A stretch of DNA of 64,000 nt from Trichosphaerium sp. ATCC 40318. Taxonomy: Eukaryota; Protista; Tubulinea. Location: NCBI GenBank assembly GCA_038496445.1, contig JALMLS010000334.1, positions 1 to 64,000 of the forward strand. Direction: 5' to 3'. Positions 60,641-64,000 of the stretch are shown in pieces (within the stretch, counting starts at the first letter, position 1; the number at the start of each line of letters is the position of its first letter). The notes beneath the pieces are model-generated. The model did not search any database, was not told the origin of the DNA, and worked only from the letters and a program-made list of their open reading frames with translations. Position numbers and translations under genes: made by a program.

Positions 60641-62084
60641 CTATTTATCAGAAGAAAGACATATAGCGCACATATCTTCAATGACTTTTTTGTGCTCTTT
60701 TTCAAATGCTAAACCGTCGCATTTTCTCTCTGCTTTACCTGTGGTACCGTCTACAGTACCAGAAGCTATTAAAAGATCTAATAACCTACTTTCTTTTTCG
60801 TAACTAGGCAACATATCCTTCAAAGCTACGTGGATTAAATTAGTACAAACCATATCCAAAAAAAAAAAGATAAAAGTTTCAACGACATAAAAGTGTACTA
60901 TCAAATTCCTGCGTTGCTGCAACTATAGATTAACCCCGCAACATAAGAAATATCGATTCTGGGAATTAAGGCTTTTTGTGGGATGGTGTAAGAGGAAAAA
61001 AAAAAGAATTTGAACGAAGTTGTTGTAGAAACGCACATATTTTTGTTTTCTCCAAGTGTATAACATATAACGCTGATGCTAAAGCGTATCCACCCCAATT
61101 AGATACACCAGCTGTTATAAGAGAGTCACATTTAACAACAGTTCCAATAATTTCTCCACGTGGTATATACTTTTCTACTTTATCAAGAATATTACCCATT
61201 CCTATTTCATTACCTCCTTTTAAAAAATAAAGTTGTCAGACATCAACAATAATATTAGATTTAAGTATCTCTTGCTTACCATCTCCAATGCCAATTGTCT
61301 TTACTCCTTCAACACTTTGAGATGCAACGAATAGTCTGTCTATCTGTGCGGTGCTGCTTTTTAAGTTTTTAGCGCTCATGTTGTAGTAATTCCCATCTTT
61401 TGCAGCACCAAGTCTTTCTATTGAAAGTAGAACATCACAACGATCAGATGGATTTTTGATATATTTCTCAATTAAGGCATCTTCTTCAACACGTGCTATG
61501 AAAAAAATCAGCTACCTTTCTTTACAAAAAAGGCTCATAAAAGGCATCATATTGAGCTCAATCAACTAGTACAGTACGTACTTTGTTCTGCAGATTTTTG
61601 GTCTGTTTGCAATGGGAAAATAACTAATTCTTCATCGCCGAGGTTGTCGAAAGCAGGAACTAATGTTGTCTTACAAGGTTCATCTGTCACGAGTATTACA
61701 GGCTTTCCAAGTAGTTTTAACGCGTTAAAACTACAATTTGGGTCAGTGAAGGTTGTACATTACTGGCGAGTTTGCTTAATAGTGCCAAAGCGGGTGATTA
61801 CATTGCTGATGCGCCAAGAGGACCATCATTTTCTCCAACGTTCGCTGTTGCAATAAAAAAGCCTGTAGCGATCAAAACCTATCCATTTATGTTTGTAAGG
61901 AAGTTTTATTGGTAGTTTATACCTTTTTAGCGTTGTATAATGTAGTAGCTGCGTCATATAGCGATGTTGTCCATAAGTTCTCCAAACCGCGTCTATGTAT
62001 TCTTTGAGCGTAGTCGACGTTACCAGAGGCGTACCCGCCCAAATCTTGATGAATCACTTTCTCTAGCGCGTTAATTCTCTCCAT
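60641..62084 (-). CDS. Stand-alone DUF4392 / D-glutamate cyclase C-terminal domain protein
   Basis: QDLGGRGL, ATGFF..ENDGPLGA, SIERLGAAKDGNYYNM, TIGIGDGGNEIGMG, AGVSNWGGYAL, GTVDG; includes a 24-nt micro-exon. Confidence 0.85.
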
Positions 62085-62229
62085 ATTGCTATCTTTGTTC
62101 TAAAGTAAGCTGTATCACTTGCAACAGGTGGATCAAACTGGGAAAACGCTAAGGAGCTTGTCAACACTGGTCTTTTTGTGAACCCTAAAAAGTTTTCCGA
62201 ACAGAAAAGTCTGTAGCATTGTAACAGCC

Positions 62230-63289
62230 ATGGAAAGACTTACCTTTCTTTTATTTGTATGTTTTGTAGTCGTATCAACTGATAGGTTGGGAGGAAACTT
62301 CTCAGGGTCCGTTTTGTATAATATTAGACTCATCACGTGATTTCTAAGGTAAAAACGTGTTTCTAACGTTTTTTTGAATAGAGACCGTGTAAAATTCATT
62401 GCGACCAGTACTAATGGCGTTAACTACCTTTTTCGAGGTAATGAACCTCTTGACAATGATTCCTTTGCGTACGAGCCACTTCTTAAGGCAATACGTGCAG
62501 CTGGCCTAAACTCATCTATAACACTACCTTCAGACTTGTACTTAGTTGGTATGACGCTTAGACTTGCAAATGTTTAATGTATATTTTTTTTAGACTTTAA
62601 TCTCTTGTCTATTGAGATCACGGATGAAGATGCTGAGAAGAAGTTTTTTACGGAAAATCCTGATAAAGGAGAGTTCATTCACTGGCCAATAATAGGTAAT
62701 ATTTTTGGACCCGACGATTACTTTGAATCTATAAGAAAGACAATGGCAAAAGATTTAGACGTAAGCTTACAATCAAAACAAAAAAAATCAACTTTGAGAC
62801 TTTGACACTCTCTACAGGACTGGACTTTTGATAAAGTACCAAAGACAATGGCAACACTTCAAAGTACTTTAGATAAGACGTACCCTAAACCAGCCATTAT
62901 CTACGTACACTGTGAAGGTAATATTACAGTTATTTTTTTCACCTTGAACACTTTTTTTCGTTGATAATATTCACGTGCTTTGTACAGCTGGTATGGACAG
63001 AACAGGCGAAATTTCAGGATCGTATTATATGAAATACTTGAACTGGACCTACCAAGAGGCATTGTATTATGATAATAATTGTATAGAAGGTCGTGATATT
63101 GAACCAGAGAGTAAAAACGGACTTCAATGGTACAGTATATTTCTCCCATTTTTATCACTAATAATAAAAAGGTATTGCTACAATCTCAAGTATGCTGAAG
63201 GCGCTAATCAAACATGTGTTGACCAAAAACCTTATAACCCAAAACCATGCACTATAAAGCATGTATCTGGAGATACGAATGTTTATTAA
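62230..63289 (+). CDS. Secreted PTP/dual-specificity-fold phosphatase
   Basis: Signal peptide MERLTFLLFVCFVVVST, LFRGNEP, active-site loop YVHCEAGMDRTG; 6 introns. Confidence 0.8.
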
Positions 63290-64000
63290 TAATAAAAGTA
63301 TAACCCAATGAACACAAAGAGTCCAAGGATAAAAGCTAAAGGAGAAATAGGTGTATCCCATAACTGTTTTCTTTTTCTTAGATCAGCGAGCGTACTATCT
63401 ATTGTTTTCTTGATCGTATACTCTGGTTTATATCCTAGGTATTTAGTTGCTTTCTTATTTGAAAAAGAGCGATGTTCAAGCATTCTGGCAAGTGTTTTCG
63501 CTTTCATCATAAAAAGTCTTCTCTTTCCTTCAAAAAAAATCTCAGAAAATTCTTCGTTTTTACGTTAACCAAAGGTACCGATATTAAAGATAGGGCCAGC
63601 AATAGATACAACAATCTTTACCAGTTCCATAGGAAGAGAGAACAAAGGCTAGTTTTTAGTTAGAGGTTGACCTTCAAGAGAAAAAAAAGGATTTGTACTT
63701 GAATACGTCTTTGCTGTTTACACAAATACTTTATCCAATCTTCATACGTCATCGAGTCGTTTGGAGTAATATTATATATGTTTCCAAGTGCTTCATCACC
63801 ACTCTCTAGTGCCTTAACAAAACCTTGAACCACATCATCAACGTGTACAAACCTACCGAAACGAAAAAAAAATCAGCTTCTCAAAATTTTTCAACAAAAA
63901 AAAAAGGGTACATGAGGTGATGTGTTTGTGCTCCGTTTGGTACAAAGAAGAATAATCCAAAGTCAATCAAAGACATTAATTCAGGTATTGCAAAATCATC
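63286..64000 (-). CDS. Extended SDR / NAD-dependent epimerase (3-beta-HSD-like), 3' part, with a C-terminal TM anchor
   Basis: FVHVDDVVQGF..ALE..GNIYNI, FSNKKATKYLGYKP and a hydrophobic C-terminus; 5' end lies outside the window. Confidence 0.8.

Noticed and set aside
1-64000. Stop-codon reassignment (alternative genetic code)
   Set aside because: Conserved genes splice into stop-free frames, and TAA, TAG and TGA all end genes (paralog A ends in TGA where paralog B ends in TAA). Internal stops occur only in visibly decayed fragments.
1-64000. tRNA, rRNA, CRISPR arrays, telomeric or satellite repeats
   Set aside because: I saw no cloverleaf or T-loop contexts, no rRNA-like segments and no regularly spaced repeats.

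Overview
This is gene-dense, AT-rich (roughly 35% GC by eye) nuclear DNA of a eukaryote, most likely a free-living protist (amoebozoan-like gene content; inference). About 30 genes are broken by very many short spliceosomal introns (mostly 38-100 nt), so most entries in the ORF track are exon fragments or antisense shadows. I spliced the genes by hand. Recognisable genes: SMYD SET protein (3' end plus a decayed copy), RasGEF, mitochondrial carrier, MON2, Eis-type acetyltransferase, EF-hand protein, F-box/LRR, MEE44/TRF4-like nucleotidyltransferase, divergent actin, cyclin B, ankyrin protein, R3H-2H phosphoesterase, NIT-domain membrane sensor, DOPA 4,5-dioxygenase, EIF1AD, NAA15, PPCDC, ubiquitin-like protein, DUF4392 D-glutamate-cyclase domain, secreted PTP-like phosphatase and a partial extended SDR. 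Remnants of a piggyBac transposase and an HNH nuclease are also present. Most notable observations: (1) an inward-facing pair of Spy/CpxP-like paralogs whose 5' ends form a near-identical inverted repeat around about 14.7 kb; (2) at least 9 GC-AG introns, mostly GCACGT, alongside a strong excess of CACGTG; (3) a nitrate-sensor-like NIT receptor with no output domain; (4) a miniature P450-like protein; (5) an actin with a Cys/His-rich D-loop; (6) a dermatopontin-like protein; (7) a start codon split by an intron. The standard genetic code fits. I found no tRNA, rRNA or CRISPR. All family calls come from motif recognition, not database searches.
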